Source: an uncultured Planctomycetota bacterium (GTDB lineage: Bacteria > Planctomycetota > Planctomycetia > Isosphaerales > Isosphaeraceae). Taken from it: DNA of 64,000 bases. How positions within the stretch are numbered: the stretch's first letter is position 1; every line of letters begins with the position of its first letter. The notes under the pieces were generated by a model. That model was not told the DNA's origin and searched no databases. It saw nothing but the letters and a program-made list of their open reading frames with translations. The position numbers and the translations under genes were made by a program. Below, one piece after another: positions 62,861 through 64,000 of this stretch. The stretch lies in the NCBI GenBank assembly GCA_963823665.1, contig CAWGMQ010000008.1, positions 704,001-768,000 of the forward strand, in the 5' to 3' direction.

Positions 62861-63956
62861 ATGGCAGTCGTCTCGATCAAGACGAGCAGGATTTCGCTTA
62901 TGTCCAGGCCAGGTCGGTGCCGGCACAGGAGGATCGATCGGCGGCTTCGCCCCGTACTCGCCGCCAGCGGCGTGGAAGGGGTCGTGCCGCTGGAGCCTCG
63001 TCTGCTGCTGAGCGCATCGATTGAGCCCGCTGGAAGCGCCGCTCAAATCAGAGATTTGGCCCGCCACACGCCTCATCACGCAAAGGCCGCCCATCCACCG
63101 AAGCGGCTCACGCCGGCCCAGGAAATCAACGCCCAGTACGCCATTTTCACTGCGGGGTTTGCCAAGACACTCAACGACTACGTCAATTCGATCAACGAGG
63201 AATCCACGAACGACGTCTCGGTGCAAGCAACGGTCACGGCCGTTTACACGCCGCCATCGGCAGTTATCCAGGTTGACAACGCCTCTGTGTTTGGACCCGC
63301 GGGAGTCTTTTCGCCGCAAGTGACCGCCAACGCGATCATCGGCACCGTTTCCCTTGGTCAGTTCACGCTCTCGGGCAGCTCGGGGAACCTGCTGATTGTC
63401 AACACCTCGATGTCGCCAAGCGTCGAGTTGCCGGTTGGCACCCTGCTCACTGCCAGCGTTCCCACGACGGCGCAAAGCAGCGCGGCATCGATCTTTCCCA
63501 GCTACATCACGGACAGCACGATCCAGATGGCTATCAACCTCGTGCGCGTACTTCAACAGCCTTCCGATCAAGCTCCCGCCCGAGAACGCGCCACCGCATA
63601 CGCCCGTACAGCGCGGTGCGATCCAGACGTTCGTGTATGACAGCATCGCCGGCTTGAAGGGGACGAGCCTCTACCAGTATACGAACGGCAACTCACCGCC
63701 GAGCCTGCAACAGTTGCTCCTGGAAATCCCCTTGCCCACGACCGCCGGCTCCGATTTGCAGATTTACAAAGCGGCGGTCATGAGTGCCATCGCCGAGTCA
63801 CATCAGCAGCTCAATGATGCCATCACGCAGATCTTCAATCGCTCGTTGCTGGTCAGCGCGCAGCCTCCGGCAAATCGGCTCGGCGAAAACTTCAATTCGA
63901 GCACCGGGTCATCCACCAGCGGCTCGTCAGGCTCCTCGAGCACCTCTTCCTCCTGA
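62861..63956 (+). CDS. Planctomycete extracellular protein (LEPRxLLS motif) with Ser-rich tail; frameshift near 63545
   Basis: Arg-rich N-terminus then EGVVPLEPRLLLS; continues in ORF 63396..63956 (AYFNSLP...SSTGSSTSGSSGSSSTSSS). Confidence 0.75.
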
Positions 63957-64000
63957 TCCGCCACGTCCACCTGACGCTTTACCGGACCGACGTGGTCGAC

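Overview
GC-rich bacterial window with hallmarks of Planctomycetota, probably Isosphaeraceae-like (ECF sigma/Ser-Thr kinase pair, long C-terminally extended ECF, WD40 kinase, PEP-CTERM proteins, TPR paralogs, LEPRxLLS extracellular motif). At least 10 otherwise intact genes carry 1-2 nt frameshifts, mostly in short homopolymers, so the assembly is probably error-prone long-read; these genes are listed as single CDSs. Main blocks: (1) 0-8.3 kb: ADH, HEAT protein, MFS, ARPP-1, SMR, an MsrB whose catalytic Cys is Ser, and a GbsR/MarR regulator. (2) 8.3-19 kb: a tightly coupled five-gene envelope operon (prenyltransferase-repeat/HEAT protein, single-TM Gly-rich protein, FHA-TM-TPR-beta-propeller protein, orphan family-5 solute-binding protein, exported protein). 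(3) 19.2-22.7 kb: circularly permuted ATP-grasp / alpha-E / transglutaminase operon. (4) 22.6-28.4 kb: a mosaic of duplicated and truncated small genes (DUF5678 + retropepsin-like pair, two copies of a 75-aa gene, two DUF1080 copies, RAYT remnant, IR-flanked gene). (5) 29-45 kb: kinase-WD40, NanA-like aldolase, PEP-CTERM, VapBC-type pair, three TPR paralogs, YtrA-GntR/ABC operon with operator. (6) 45-55 kb: tRNA-Leu(GAG) followed by ECF/kinase, PEP-CTERM, an ECF-redoxin fusion with an internal 180-bp duplication, and an ICMT-family gene. (7) 55-64 kb: divergent type IV pilus/T2SS-like locus. No CRISPR, rRNA, integrase or reverse transcriptase was seen. All family assignments are from motif recognition, not database searches.
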